Source: Lytechinus pictus
Lineage: Eukaryota
Direction: 5' to 3'
Assembly (NCBI RefSeq): GCF_037042905.1
Contig: NC_087252.1
Coordinates: 14,882,001 to 14,946,000, forward strand
Length of the DNA: 64,000 nt
Shown: one piece after another, positions 1-13,487 of the stretch
How positions within the stretch are numbered: position 1 is the stretch's first letter
Layout of the letters: each line of letters starts with the position of its first letter
The notes under the pieces: generated by a model
What the model saw: only the letters and a program-made list of their open reading frames with translations
Database searches by the model: none
What the model was told of the DNA's origin: nothing
Program-made: the position numbers and the translations under genes

Positions 1-18
1 TGGTGAAAAATCTATAGG

Positions 19-230
19 CACTAGCGTACTCAAGGGGGGGGGGCAGGGGGCAGACTGCCCCCCTGACGAGTCACAACTCAAGCAAGGGACGTACGTTTTG
101 CTTGTCATTTTTTTTATGATGCGTAATGTCTTTTATTTGTGGTTGAAGACCTTTTTTTTTTTGCTTTTCCATTTTTTTGGCGGACGAATTTGCCCCCCCC
201 CCCCTTTGGAAAATCCTGGGTATGCCACTG
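19..230. mobile_element. Non-autonomous hAT-like MITE
   Basis: Perfect 8-bp TSD TCTATAGG (11-18, 231-238); imperfect TIR CACTAGCGTAC/GTATGCCACTG; second copy at 63552-63710. Confidence 0.85.
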
Positions 231-682
231 TCTATAGGTAAAAGTTGGTAAAAACAGGCAATACTTTAATCATGAATTCGATAATGTGCATAATGATATC
301 TTAAACTCATCCATAATGTCATACGTAAATATTGTAAGAAAGATAAAACTCCCATACTCGATCCTGAAAATATTCCTTTCTCGCAAAAAAAAAATTCATG
401 AAAATATGTAAAACCTCAGTCTCTGGAAAGATTTGACGAACAATTGAAATTTATTCGACGGCAGGTATAGTCGGAGAGGAAATAAATTGAGAAAATCTAG
501 ACGATTCAAATGTAAAATAAGGCAAAAAAATATTTGTGTCCTATTCACAATTCTATTTTCAGAACAAATATAACCAAGCTGTCACCGAGCGCTCAAAATC
601 TACCGATAAAAACAGGGAGGTACAAAAGACTTGAGAGAATAATACTATAGAATGTAATATGAATTTTTAAAATGAATACTAT

Positions 683-996
683 GGCCCGTATTTTGAAGTC
701 GGGTTTAAATTAAACTCAGGTTTAAGGTTGTGGTTTCAGTATGGGAAGCCAAGAGTATCAATTTTTTTGTATTACGTTGTATGTTTTTTATGTTTATTGT
801 GCTCTTTCCTGATCTATCCATGGTGAAGACAATAATCTATTTATACTTCCCTAGACAATTTTGAATGATTTGAGAGCCAAATGAGCTGGAGTATGATATA
901 TCTACTGTTAGAGATTTATGTAATAATTGGCTATCTATACTTAAACCACAACTTTAAACCTGAGTTTAAGTTAAACCCGACTTCAGAATACGGGCC
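683..996. mobile_element. PIF/Harbinger-like MITE
   Basis: About 60-bp TIRs GGCCCGTATTTTGAAGTCGGGTTTAA.../...TTAAACCCGACTTCAGAATACGGGCC; 3-bp TSD TAT. Confidence 0.8.
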
Positions 997-2540
997 TATG
1001 GATGTACTATAAGCGTTTTTATATAGACTGCCAGAAAAAAAATATATACGTAAAGGAATTTGAAAGAGCAGATGAAATTCATTTTTTCGTTGTTCATTTA
1101 TTAAAATAAAGTTGCTATCAGAGGTAATCTCCGATGATATCAATAATCGTAACAATCATCATAATAATACAAATAGTCTCATCACAATAATAATGATTAT
1201 TATTGTTATAATAACAATAAATGATCGAATTTGAATGCAAACGGATTTATTTTAATATCAAACGTTCTTATTGAAATCAGATGTTACACTACAAAATTAA
1301 TTTCCTTTTAACATGTTAAAAAGCAAGTTATGTATTCGTTCTCAGTTTGTCTTTGAAAATAAGTTATCCTTTTCTGATTGTTTGTTATTAAGCATTCAAT
1401 TACATGTGTGGTTATTATTACCTGAATGCAGCCTTGTGGATGAATACAATGTGCTAAAAAAAACGCGATGTTGAAGTTTTGCTTACGCGTGTGTGACTCG
1501 GCTACTACATATATGTCTGCTTTATAATTTGGGGTTTATTTTTTTCATGGTTTGAAATTATTCCCATTGAAAATCATTAACTGTTAAAGATATTATGGGT
1601 ATTGGGGTTCCGCAATTTTTTCTTTGTGAAAACCTGGTAATAAGATAAGACCTTCAGGAAAAGCACAAGTGAAATTTAATATTCGATATGCAAATGGTGT
1701 TTTTTAAGAATATATTAGCATATTTTGGTCATAATAATTTCAAAATACTTATTATAGGATTTTTTCTTATGCATGCTAAATTTTTTCAGTTCTCATTAAC
1801 AAGATACATTGTAGGCTTATGTACTTCAATAAACGGTCCACTATGTGCCCAAAGTGCGAGCGGTATTTATCTAACTTAGGTTCAAATTCAAGTTTATTTG
1901 TCGTCTACATCTATAAAGTGCATGTACTATATCACTACAAATCGATCGAGATAAATTGTTTAAAAAATATACAATATTATTAATTTACAAGAATCATGGA
2001 TGAAAATATATGTACTTTCCATTTATCCCATTCATTATTTAATTCACGATTTCTTTCTCTTACACCGCTTACTATGCTACAATTTAAATGAATTGAGTTG
2101 AATTTTAACTTTTCCCCTCTTTTTCTTTGCGCCAGCATTAACTCACATACCCCTTCGCCGTGTTCGTATATCCATCCACCGACGCTTTTGGATGATTCTC
2201 TACACTGATGTATCCTAATCCTAGTCCCCCCCCCCCGGACCTCCCCCACAGAAACACGCCTTCACACACCCTCACCCACATACCCATAGATACCCACACT
2301 TCCTCACACCAGGCAAAACAATTTAAGTTCGTCACCACTCACGAAAGATATGATTTCTGGTGTGTCTTAACATGCTTAATGCATATATGGAGCGCACCAT
2401 TGAATCTCTCGCTGAACTTCTTTCATTTGTTTCTGTTTTTTACAAAACGACTGATTCACAACTATCTCAAGAGTTTGTTAGCCAATCAGGAGGCGTCGAT
2501 TTCTGTCCTTCAATAAACAAACATCGAACATTTCACGCCA

Positions 2541-2550
2541 GGGAAATCCC
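2541..2550 (+). promoter_or_regulatory. NF-kB consensus site GGGAAATCCC near putative exon 1 of gene A
   Basis: Matches GGGRNWYYCC; the homologous position in copy B is GGGGAATCCC (25892-25901); CCAAT box upstream at about 2482. Confidence 0.55.
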
Positions 2551-2559
2551 AGAAAATGG

Positions 2560-2697
2560 CAAACCAATTCAATCCCGCGTAGAGTCGTGTGTTGGAGTTT
2601 GATCCCCTTCATATTCTGGGAGTGGAAACTAAAAATCATCCGCAAAGATTTCGTATTTGATTTGAGATTTAGAACACCTTTTCTACCGCAAACTAAC
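2560..2697 (+). other. Putative non-coding first exon of gene A (start approximate)
   Basis: Ends at donor AAC|GTAAGT (2698); the donor is conserved in the homologous block of copy B (ATA|GTAAGT, 26075); no in-frame ATG after the last stop. Confidence 0.5.
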
Positions 2698-2719
2698 GTA
2701 AGTCGATCAAAGATGTCTA

Positions 2720-3072
2720 ATAATAATAATAATTATAATGATTCAATATTTATATAACGCATATTGCTCTACTGGTCTCCTATTGTCATATCTTTGATTT
2801 ATACGTTTATACGTAATTTTTAGGTGCATGCACGGATTGACATTGATCGGTGTTATACTAGCTTCTTTCTTACCCCGGCTAAGCTCGGCTAACGATTCCA
2901 GTGCTCAAAGCTTTTTTGAGGAATTACTTCCTGCGCTTATTTACCAAACCTGGGTTGAGCAGCATATTGTGGATATATTTCTTGCTGAAGGAGATTATGC
3001 CATGGCTGGGATTTGAACCAACGCCCCTCTATTTTAGAGTTTGGAGACCAATCCACTTTGCCACAACGCTCC
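2720..3072 (-). mobile_element. tRNA-derived SINE, degraded
   Basis: Minus strand starts with a tRNA-like head (GGAGCGTTGTGGC...GGTTCAAATCCCAGCC, A/B boxes) and ends in an (ATT)n tail; related fragment at about 5650-5810. Confidence 0.65.
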
Positions 3073-3689
3073 AATATGGCACTATTCCAGTTAGATTATA
3101 TTAATTCATAATACAAAAAATTATTTTGACTCAAAGTTACCTAGAGTTTATCATGAGCAATTTCTTTAAGCTATAGACCTGTAAAATATACCAATGATGA
3201 TGTCAATAAGTGTATTGTCAAGAACGATTCCCGTTTCACACACTGGCACTTGGCAGAGGAAAATAGCTTTTGCCTGTTTTGTTTAATTTTCAGAGTTTTC
3301 ATAGTTTTGAGAGTATCCCAGGACTAATATCCCTTATGATGCAATTGATCACAGTGCATGCATATATGTTGCGGAACATAGGCCTATAGACTATAATCTT
3401 TACTGGTCTTCTCATGTGAGCAAAGTAACAAGAACATGAGTACATGTTCTATCCATTCTTTTTGAAGAATTACACATTTCTCAATTGAAGCTCTATTATA
3501 TATTAATACTAATTAATCTATCCTAAACTATGCAACTCCCTATACCGCTTCATATTCAGACACCCACTTCTCTTCAAATCATTTTTTTTTTCTAATAAAA
3601 AAAATGCCACAGCGGTACCGGACCCCTTGAACCAATTTTTATGTAACAACCCTCAATGACTCTTTTCTTATTATTTTATGTTTCATATG

Positions 3690-3768
<79 letters not shown>
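3690..3768. repeat. (CA)n(TA)n compound microsatellite
   Basis: Directly visible. Confidence 0.95.
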
Positions 3769-3914
3769 CCTTCGAGTAGAGGAGTGTCACCACCCTTACA
3801 CGTTACGAACCCACTGCACTATCCCAATAAGAGTAGGGGTAACCCCTGTGTAGTGGTCCACCTGCACCCAATCAGCCAAATCGGGAGGAAAGACCTGCGG
3901 GTCACAGCGATTCA

Positions 3915-4516
3915 AGGTCAAGTCCATCCCAGAACAATTTGACCTAAATAAATAGAGAAAAATCAAACATGAATAACGCCGAAAACTTCATCAAAATCGG
4001 ATGTAAAATAAGAAAGTTAAGACATTTTAAAGTTTCGCTTATTTTTCACAAAACAGTTCTATGCTCAACTAAGTGATATGCAAATGAGAGAGTTGATGAT
4101 GTCACTGACTCACTATTTCTTTTGTTTTTATTGATTGAATGATACAATATTTCAATATTCACGAATTTGACAATTAGGACCCCCTTGCTTGAACCACAAA
4201 ATGTTAAAATAATGGAAGTCCATGTGTTCAGAGAGGAATGAAACTTTAAATCACATGACAATGAGGAGAAAATCAAACTATTTCATATTTCATATAATAA
4301 AATACAAAAGAAATAGTGAGTGAGTGATGTCATCAGTCCCCTCATTTGCATACCGAATAGGATGTGCATATAGCTGTTTTGAGAAATTAGGCGAAACTTT
4401 AAAATGTTATAACTTTCTTATTTTACATCCGATTTTGATGAAATTTTCAGTGTTATGCTTGTTTGATTTTTTCTCTTTTTATTCAAATCAGCTTTTTGCT
4501 GGGGTGGACTTGTCCT
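3915..4516. mobile_element. Kolobok-like MITE, family 1
   Basis: Termini AGGTCAAGTCCA.../...TGGACTTGTCCT, TTAA-type target, long imperfect TIRs; five copies in the window. Confidence 0.85.
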
Positions 4517-5009
4517 TTAAGTTTGTATTTCGACTCCCAGGCACAGGTGACGCCAAAGAAATAATAATAATAATAGTATTAGTGATAATGATAATAATAA
4601 TATTACTAATGTCAATGATAATGTTTTGGTTCTTTTTGTTTGTTACTTTTTAACACTTTATTAATCTATCACGTTTCTTCGCAATTGCATTGTATAAATA
4701 TTACATTTTTTACTATGTTTTATAATATTCATTCACATTTTCATAAAATCAGCAAAATGCTATTTTTTCCCTAAATCGGATCGTGGTCCTGTCTTAAATT
4801 TTACGAATGCCTTTAGACAGCTGAAATCCGTCTATTTGGAGGAGTTTTCAACCCCTCCTACACACAGACGGCTAGCCATCTCTCACACATCGTTGGGGTT
4901 CCCTTAGGTTCAAACTATCCTAATAAATACGGAGTTCCTGATTTTCAATTAGTAATATTGTTACAACATTGCATCGAGGTAGTGTTGGTAACTAGATTCT
5001 GATTTCTTA

Positions 5010-5438
5010 TAAAATTAGCAGAGAAAAATAATGAAAAACAATATCGGGGAAGGTTGTGGGAAAATCTATCAAGGATTAAGAAAGTTAATGAATTTAAGTT
5101 TTGTATTTGTGAAGTCAGAAACGAGAAGCTGCCCCGTATGTTATGTAATATATTGCATAAATTCCACTTTTTTATGCCTCGTGGTGACTTCTTTTTGTTT
5201 TAATTTTAGGAACGGGTGTGAAATGGGTTGTTTTTTTAGAAAATTACATTTCATTGTTTTTTACCGTACGATGTGTAGAAAAGCAGTTCGCATATAACGG
5301 TTACGAATAAAATTTAAAAAAATTCTAATAACCTTTTTCAGATTGATATTTCTCAAACCTTCAGCAATATCTTTTAACTCTTTTCATTTTTCAGCTATTT
5401 TTTTTACAATAAACTGTTTGTCAGGGTGAACTTACCCT
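5010..5438. mobile_element. Kolobok-like MITE, family 2, left end truncated
   Basis: Ends TCAGGGTGAACTTACCCT|TTAA; homologous to 11705-12195. Confidence 0.7.
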
Positions 5439-5485
5439 TTAATATTGTCGACGCACAGTGCACTGACTAGGTATAAGGTAAATTT

Positions 5486-5875
5486 GGAATTCCCCACTTG
5501 GCACTCAGCCAATCGGGGAATATCACATTGACAGGGCTGAACTTGACCTGTAATATTGTCGAGGCACAGTGCAATGACTAGGCTGCTTTTAAACCCTGGA
5601 CTGGCAGTCAATCAGCGCGCGAGGACTTGTACAAAGGCTGTGACTATTAAATAATAACAATATAGGATTTGTGTAGCGCACGTTACAACCTTGCTAGTTG
5701 CTCAAGGCGCGCTAATAATACAACGGCTAAGCTAGTCTACCGATTCCGGTGCGCACTGCTTTTTGAGGAATTACTTCCTTCCTGAGTGCAGCACACTGTG
5801 GGTAAATTCCTGTGGAAAGTGGAATTCCCCACTTGGCACTCAGCCAATCGGGAATATCATATTGACAAGGCTGAC
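5486..5875 (+). promoter_or_regulatory. Duplicated kB/CCAAT module in intron 1 of gene A
   Basis: Two near-identical ~55-bp copies of GGAATTCCCCACTTGGCACTCAGCCAATCGGG(G)AATATCA at 5486 and 5821; GGAATTCCCC is the reverse complement of canonical kB GGGGAATTCC; homolog in copy B at about 34575-34700. Confidence 0.55.
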
Positions 5876-6310
5876 AAAACTATAGGTCTATTCTCAATAA
5901 CACAGTGAGAAAAATATCGCCGGTTTTAAAAATATTGATATCCATGAATAGAATAGAATTGGTATAATTTCCCCAGCTCCGCATATGGCGCGCCAGCAGT
6001 CTTTGATATATCTAAGAAGGCATAGGATTAGAATTCGGATTGGAATAGAGTGTTTGTTTCAGAATAATGTTGAGGTTAGGATTGGGGTTTATTTAGTTTT
6101 GGAGGTTAGGTTTTATTTTTCGCTTAATGTGCAGATTTCCCATCGGACCAAATGTCGCTGGAGTAAATGTCATTTGGGTGAATAATACACATAATTATGC
6201 GAGATGGCTAATCGTCCTGGCAGGAGAAGAAAGTAAAAAAATAATATTAATAATTAAAGCCTCCTCCAAATAGACGGGTTTCAGCTATCCGTCGAGCCCC
6301 CCCCCCCCCC

Positions 6311-6341
<31 letters not shown>

Positions 6342-6569
6342 AAGATCCAAGGTTCAAACCCCTAATCGTGTCTTTCAGAATGACGTTTAAGGTCACCAAG
6401 GAAATACCTGATTTATTGTTTCATATAGAACATGCACCCTCACATATTTCTACAATACAAATATATGGTATATATTTGCAAATGCTGACACCCGCGCATA
6501 TACTTTCCATAATGTGAACATGAAGAAAGTTTCATGTGTTGTTTCTCCTTATTCAGTCACAGCGTGAGA

Positions 6570-6813
6570 ATGAAGGGAATTCCTGAAAGCAAGTTAATGG
6601 AAATAGCTGACGACGTCGGAAACAGAGATGCCATGAAGATAGGTTTAAGCGGAGGGCTGAGTCGACATCAAGTCGAGAGTCTAGATTCAGACTGCTACAA
6701 GGTTCTAACCAAAATCATGGCTAATATCACACCCAAAGAGCAGAAGAGAAAACTTCGTCAAATACTGACTGACTGTAATTATACAGCAGCCGCGGACACA
6801 CATCTGCCTACAC
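6570..6813 (+). CDS. Gene A coding exon 1: divergent death-fold (Death domain-like) module
   Basis: Acceptor TTCTCCTTATTCAG| (6556), ATG 6570, phase-1 donor C|GTGAGT (6814); translation MKGIPESKLMEIADDVGNRDAMKIGLSGGLSRHQVESLDSDCYKVLTKIMANITPKEQKRKLRQILTDCNYTAAADTHLPT has a six-helix death-fold pattern but lacks the usual helix-4 Trp. Confidence 0.75.
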
Positions 6814-6849
6814 GTGAGTGTTTGAAGCATACCTACCTAGCGATTGAAT

Positions 6850-9582
6850 TAGACGGGTCAATATATGGATTGACCCGGAACAGATTGCAGCAAATGATTT
6901 TTCAACTGTTATTGGCAGTATTCTACCTCTGAAATAACATACTAAAACTTTAAAAGTCTACCAAAATCTGCATCCGAGAAAGTGGTTATTTTCAAGATGG
7001 TGTCCAAGATGGCCACCGCTCACTGAACATGGCTATAACTCGCTCATTATCCACCCTTGCATCTTATTTTGGTTCATATTCCATGATCTAGGGGGTAAAA
7101 TAATTTATTAATACAAGTTAGAGTATATTTTAGCACTCTATGTACCTGGAAAATCCAAGATGGGCGCCCAAAAAGACTGCCGTAGGCTAAAAATCCACAA
7201 TGAAATATATTACTTAAGTGACTTTAATCTGGTGTCTAAACCATGGTTTCAATGGTCAAAATATTACATTGGGACAAGTTACAAGGACGGTCAATGGTCC
7301 GGTATGTTATAAATCCACGATGACTTCCAAAAATGGAGTCTAAAATTTGCTGTTACTACTTTTAAAAAAAAATCGTCATAGTTTGTTCAGTATCCGGGAA
7401 TATGGTTTTTGTGTCTATACCATTGCTAAATAATAGGTGAACTTATACATTTTGGATAAGTTACAAGGACAGTCGGTGGTCAAGTATGTCCAAAATTCCA
7501 TGGTGGCTTAATAAAATGGAGAATAAAATAACCGCTGTTATTTACAAATGGATATAGTAAATGTAATATTCGTCAAGGGCATTATGATTTTTAAACCATG
7601 GTTTAAAAGTCAGATAACTAGTTACGAGGACGTCAGTGGTCCAGTATGTTGGAAAATCCAAGATGGTTTCCAAAACTCGACTAAAATGACTGCTGTTACG
7701 TAAAATTTGACATAGTTCATTTAAAATCCACCGAGGAGATATGACTTTGGTGTCCACACTATGGTTTCAAGGTTGAAATAATACGTTTGGACTGGTTGCA
7801 ATGATATGCAGTATTTGTCCATTTTGACTAAAATGGAAGAGGTTTTTCAATGTGGCATCTAAAACGACTCTTATTACTCAATAGTGGTCAGAGTTCATAC
7901 AATATCAATCTGTTAAAAATAATATTGGTGCTATGTCCACTTTAGGTAACAGCAGTCACTTTCGAACCCATTTTGGGGAAGCCAACTTGGATTTTAAGGC
8001 AAAAAAGGATAGCTGCATATCATTGTAACCAGTTCCAAATTATTTTTTACCCTTGAAATCCCAGTGTAGGCACCAAAATGTGTATTTTTTGTTCTATATC
8101 CATTTTTAGGGAAGCAACGGTCATTTTAAGACCCAATTTTTCAAGCCATCTTGGATTTTGGGGCATAATTGACGCCTGAATGTCCTTTCAACTTGACTCA
8201 ATGAATTATTTGACCCTTTAAACTCTAGTATAGACACCAAAATCATATCACCAAGGTGTATTTCTAATGAACTATATCAACTTTTAAGTAACAACAGTCA
8301 ATTTAGATCCCATTTTTGGAAGCCATCTTCGATTTTTTTTAAACATACCAGACCACTAACTGTTCTTTTAACTTGATATTGTGCATTATTTTATCCTTTA
8401 AACCATGGTTTATACACCAAACTCATATATTTAACAAATATTGAACACACTATGTCAATTTTTTACTCTATTTTTGGAAGCCATCTTGGAATTTCGGACA
8501 TACTAGACCACTGGCTATTGTACTAATGTCTAATTTGACCCTTGAATCCGTAGTTTAGACACCAAATCATATCTCACAGGCGGATATAAAATGAGCTATG
8601 CCACTTGTGAGTATCACCAGCCATTTTCGAATCAATCTTTGGAAGCCGTATTAGATTTTTGGACATACCAGACCACTGACTGTCACTGTAACCTGTCCTA
8701 ATATATTACTTGACCCTTGAAACCAGTGGTTTAGACATCGAAATCACATCTCCCAGGCCGATATGAAATGAGCTATGTCCGCTTTAAGAATTAGCAGCCA
8801 TCAGAATCAATTTATTATTTTACCCATTTAACCATGGTATCGACACAAAAAACGTATTCTCAGACATTGAACAAACTAACTATGTCGAGGCTTTTTATTA
8901 AGTAGCAACATCAATTATAGACTCCATTTTTGGATGCCATCTTGGATTTATAACATACAGGTCCACTGATCGTCCTTGAAACTTATCCCAATGTAGTATT
9001 TGACCATTGAAACCATGGTCTAGACACCAAATCCATATCTTCCAGGTGGATATCAAATGAGATATGACCATTTCAACTATCAACAGCCAAGGTAAACTCA
9101 ATTTTTTGAACCCATCTTGGATTTTTGGATTGACTAGACCACGTAATGCCCTTGTTACTTGTACCAATGTACTTCTTCACCCTCAAACCATTGAATAGAG
9201 ACCAAATTAAAGCCACTCAAGTATTAAATTAATAGATGAATTGTGGATTTTTAGCCTACGGCAGCCATTTTAGGCGCCATCTTTGAATTTCCAGGTACCC
9301 TTGAAGTGCTTATGTTCACTCTAGCCTGTATCAACAAATCATTCTACCCCTAGACCATGGAATATGAACCGAAATTGGATTCTAGGGTGTATAATGAGTG
9401 AGTCGTATCCGTTTTCAGTGAATGGCGGCCATCTTCGACGCCAGCTTGAAAACAACCACTTTCCCGGTTGCGGATTTTGATAGATTTCTGAGTTCAAATA
9501 GCACCAAAAAATTGTTGAAAAAAATAATTTGTTGCACTTTGTTCCGGGTAAGGGTATTTTGGGTCGTATATTGACCCGTCTA
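6850..9582. mobile_element. Non-autonomous foldback DNA element with very long subrepeat-containing TIRs (Academ-like)
   Basis: Termini TAGACGGGTCAATATA/TATATTGACCCGTCTA; 3-bp flanking repeat AAT; arms built of TCCAAGATGG-containing subrepeats in opposite orientation. Confidence 0.75.
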
Positions 9583-9684
9583 AATGTACACATGGATAAG
9601 CCGTTTTTCTGTTTCTGTCATGGAGAAGGAAAAGGGTATTTGTTAACTAACCCCAGTTATAGACGTGATTTATTATGTGTTATA

Positions 9685-10667
9685 CAAGTGCGTATCAAAA
9701 AAGTTTACACTTAGAAAAAATATCCTGTAAAATTATACGTTTGTAATATCCTGAAGATTTGTCCACATCTTAACATTGGTGCAGATCCATTTAAGCAAAT
9801 GACGATATAACTGTCAAAAAATATTTCCGCTTAGGTGAGCACCACTTACTTTTGAAAAGATAGTGAAAATGATTTGCGCAGAACTGTGAAATAGTTATGC
9901 AAGTAAAGGTAGACTTTAATCATAAAGAACATGTGGAATTCAGCTAGTAAAATTGATTTGAAGTTATCCTTTACCTTTTTTAACTTGTTTCATTGCCCAA
10001 AACATTTCTAAGAGTGCATTGCGCCCCAACCCACTCCCCACACACAGAGGCCGTCGTGACGATATTTGCTTTACACTGAGCTGTGATTTACATGAAATTG
10101 CTTTCGCTTGATTTTCATTTTATTATTAATTGTCAAGCTTTTGAAAAGTGTAGAGAATCAAGTATTAAATGAAAAATGAAATCTATACCCACTTTAAATG
10201 ATAAAAACTTAGTGAAAAAATGCTGGATATGTCTTATATAAACTTTTGTTCAGATTCATTTATGTCCTCAGATCCAGCTGTCACAAAAAGGGTAAAGGTT
10301 GTGCTTACTAAGTGTTGAAATTTCAATTTGGGTGCAAAATTGTTACAAAATGCTGAAGTATATCCGTTTTATTTCAATTGACTAAAAGTGCAAGGGAAAT
10401 GTATGAGAAATGATTCGCAGGGTATGTTTGATTTCGCCCGTTCCCCTTGACACAGCGTGAAAACCAGCATTTGTGCGCAAACAGATTTCTGCGAGCTTTA
10501 CAAAAATGGACAGTGCTCACTCAAGTGTAACATTCTGTCAAAACTTTTAGTTTCATTGGATAGATGAGACCCAACCACATGATTATTTGTGAAAAAATTA
10601 CCCACATGTTGTATATTTTTTATTTCCCAGGGCTTTTCAAAGTGTAAACTTTTTTGATACGCACTTT
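9685..10667. mobile_element. Tc1/mariner-like MITE
   Basis: TIR AAGTGCGTATCAAAAAAGTTTACACTT / AAGTGTAAACTTTTTTGATACGCACTT flanked by TA. Confidence 0.8.
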
Positions 10668-11704
10668 ATATCATACAACTAACCGTTTTCGGTTGGCTTG
10701 CCCTATGCCATGAACAAACAATTTATTGCGCACGCTGTTTAATTTGTCAATATAGAATTTGCTTTTTTGCGATAATTTAGGAAGTTTATTGAAATGTGTA
10801 GATCAAGGACCTACTGATAGGTTAATGGGAGACTACTCAGTACTAATAAATTGACGTTACATGTGTTTTCCTTGGCTTAGGTCCTGCTTGTAAAAGTTAC
10901 TGGCGCGTATAATCTGGAGAGATTGGAGAGCGCCATTTCTTTTTGCTGTCTTATTTATGATTTTAATAAACACATGTTCTGTTTTCTGTAAATACTTGAT
11001 TTTTGTATTCTGTCCAATCGTATAACCATTTTAAAGTATCAATTTGCTTTTTGCACATTTTTTTTACCAACTTGACAATATTTCAATTTGCAAACGCCCT
11101 CGAAATGTGCCAAGCAAGTCACGAAAATACAAGCATATTGAGATTTACTTAAAAAATATTAGGTAGTACATTTTGTATTTAAAAGGCAGCCTAAGGTCCT
11201 AAATCAAAAGAGCAAAGAAGATTGCCAACTATAAACCCCTTCATTGTGAAAATAAATCACCTACAGTGCTGTTACGCGCGTCACACTTAAGGTTTCTAGT
11301 GTATGTCACCATGGCCCTGGGAAGCGGGAGTGCTAGGGGTGCAGAACTTAGCTGAAGCACCCCAAAAAATTTCATTGGGGTTGCTGCGTGTGTTATTTTC
11401 GAAAGGCAGCACCCCCTGGAAATGTGGTAGGTATGATAAAATGATGAAAAACTGTTCTTTTCAAAATTTATATACTAAGTTGTATTTTGTTAAGATCTAT
11501 TTTTACTTCGTTTACATTAGGATTCTTTTTTGTTTGTATTATATCCAAAGGAACTGTTCAAAAGGCAACGTACATGCCGTGCTATATATATATATATAAC
11601 TCCTGCGTGTTAGGCCGGGGTGAAAAATCCGAGGGAACACAGGTTTTGAATGGGTAAACCTGTGTTGCCCCAAAATCTGAAACCATGAAACCATATACCC
11701 TTAA

Positions 11705-12195
11705 AGGGGAAGTTCATCCTGAAGAAAACTTTGTTGTAAAAATAGCAGAAAAAATAGTAAAAAATATTGGTGAAGGTTTGAAGAAAATCCATTAAAAAGT
11801 AAGAAAGTTATTAGAGTTCAAAATTTTGGATTTGTGACGTCATAAACGAGCAGCTGCCCCATGTGTTAAGTAATATAAAATGTATGAACTTCAAATTTTG
11901 TATGGTTCCTGATGACTTAATTTTGTTTTCTATTCATGATCGGGTGTGTAATGATTTGTCTATTGATATACAAAAGGTTCAGTGAAAACCATTTTCCATT
12001 TTCTGAGAAAGTGACATTTCTTTGATGTTTTACAATTTGCTATGTAGGAATGCTGCTCGCATATGACGTCACAAATGAAATAATTGAAATTCAATTAACT
12101 TTTTAATTATTTGATGAATTTTGCTGAAACCTTCGGCAATATTTTTTTTTTCTGCTATTTTTACAATAAACTTTTTGTCAGGGTGAACTTCCCCT
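11705..12195. mobile_element. Kolobok-like MITE, family 2
   Basis: TTAA|AGGGGAAGTTCATCCTGA ... TCAGGGTGAACTTCCCCT|TTAA; empty site in copy B at about 38660. Confidence 0.85.
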
Positions 12196-12291
12196 TTAAA
12201 AACATTGCAACGGATCACGCTTTTTGAGGTGCAAGGTGGGTTGTAACCAAAGTTATTGCCTGTTTTTGAAAACCTCTGGGTAGCGGCATTA

Positions 12292-12414
12292 GGGTTCCGT
12301 AACACAAAGGTTAACGATTAATCAAACACTCGATTTTTAAGATTGCTTGCACATTATAGTCAATAGAATCAAAGGTAGAAAACTGACCGTTGCTAAACTT
12401 TGTGTTACAGGCCC
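12292..12414. mobile_element. Small Harbinger-like MITE
   Basis: TIR GGGTTCCGTAACACAAAG / CTTTGTGTTACAGGCCC. Confidence 0.55.
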
Positions 12415-12420
12415 TATAGA

Positions 12421-12940
12421 CCCGGGGGGCACTCAGTATATAATGCATATTGGGTATGTGCCGCGGAGGGGACCCCCATTTTTACACTCAAATTTCCGTT
12501 CCGAGGCATAGCATTTTTGTCTTATTGAGAAAAAGAACAAAGAAAGCCTTCTTCTTCTCGAGAAAAAAGAGGGAAAAAAATCCGCTCCAGGCCTTCGCAT
12601 ATTTTCCGTTACGCCGTTCCGGTCGCAATTTTGGTGAAAAGCGGCCGCAGCTCGCTGTGCGACCATCGCCTCTGCGCTAGCGCGCCCGGCAGTCGTGCCA
12701 CCGGGCTAGCTGCATGCACGTTCCATGGGGATGCATCATAGACTAATAAATACGCACTCGCACGCAGGCGACCCGTTCCAAGGACCCCCGTTTTCACAAA
12801 CATTTGTAGTTCCGAAGCCCGTTCCGAGGACCCTCCTTTTTACAATTAGCCCGCTCCAAGGCCCCCGTTTTTTGTCTCGCCCGCGGCACACCCCTACCAC
12901 TTTTTTGGTCGAGTGCCCCCGGTCCCCCCCCCCCCCCGGG
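12421..12940. mobile_element. Non-autonomous DNA transposon with CCCGGG termini
   Basis: Perfect 8-bp TSD CCTATAGA (12413-12420, 12941-12948); TIR CCCGGGGGGCACTC / GAGTGCCCCC...CCCGGG. Confidence 0.85.
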
Positions 12941-13487
12941 CCTATAGATCTGTTTTTCGTGCGCAAAATCCACTCACGTGATACCATGCATGCCATTCCA
13001 CGTTGTGAGATTAAATCTAGCTTTCATGCATGTACGACTCGTCATCGTAGCATATGCCCGCCTGAGCTCGCGGGGCTTTACTCTGGCAGCTGGCTGGAGA
13101 TATGAGAAACGCTATGCGTATGATAGATTATGACATGGATAAGAAAGTGGTTTTTCAAACAAATCGAGTACATATTGAGTGAGGAAATACTTACTGAATT
13201 AAGGCTTAGATATAAACCATTACAGTCCATCAAATATCGATATTGCATCAAATTTGGATTATTGGTGGATCACTGGCAATTGATTCCATGGGTCAGATCA
13301 CCTCTCCAGCTCCCGCTCCAGCTAAACCATTTTGCATGCGTTGATATGTACACAGCATGCAATAGGCCTATCCGTCTGATAACCATCCGAATTTCCTTTT
13401 TTTTTTCTTTTGTTTGTTCCTCCTACATAAACAATAAGCTATCTAGCGCACAATGTGATGGCATTGTGTTTACTCTCCCCTAAATGG

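Noticed and set aside
2360..2602. 80-aa ORF over putative promoter/exon 1
   Set aside because: It stops before the donor and I saw no matching ORF in the homologous block of copy B
4324..4653. Similar ORFs repeated at 4324, 15367 and 18031 suggesting a gene family
   Set aside because: All are the TIR region of the same Kolobok-like MITE family
6534..6932. 132-aa ORF as a single-exon gene
   Set aside because: It starts at a non-ATG codon in the polypyrimidine tract and its tail runs past a GTGAGT donor into a transposon TIR; only 6570-6813 is credible coding sequence
12433..13105. Cluster of GC-rich ORFs
   Set aside because: They lie largely within a TSD-flanked MITE and show no protein-like motifs
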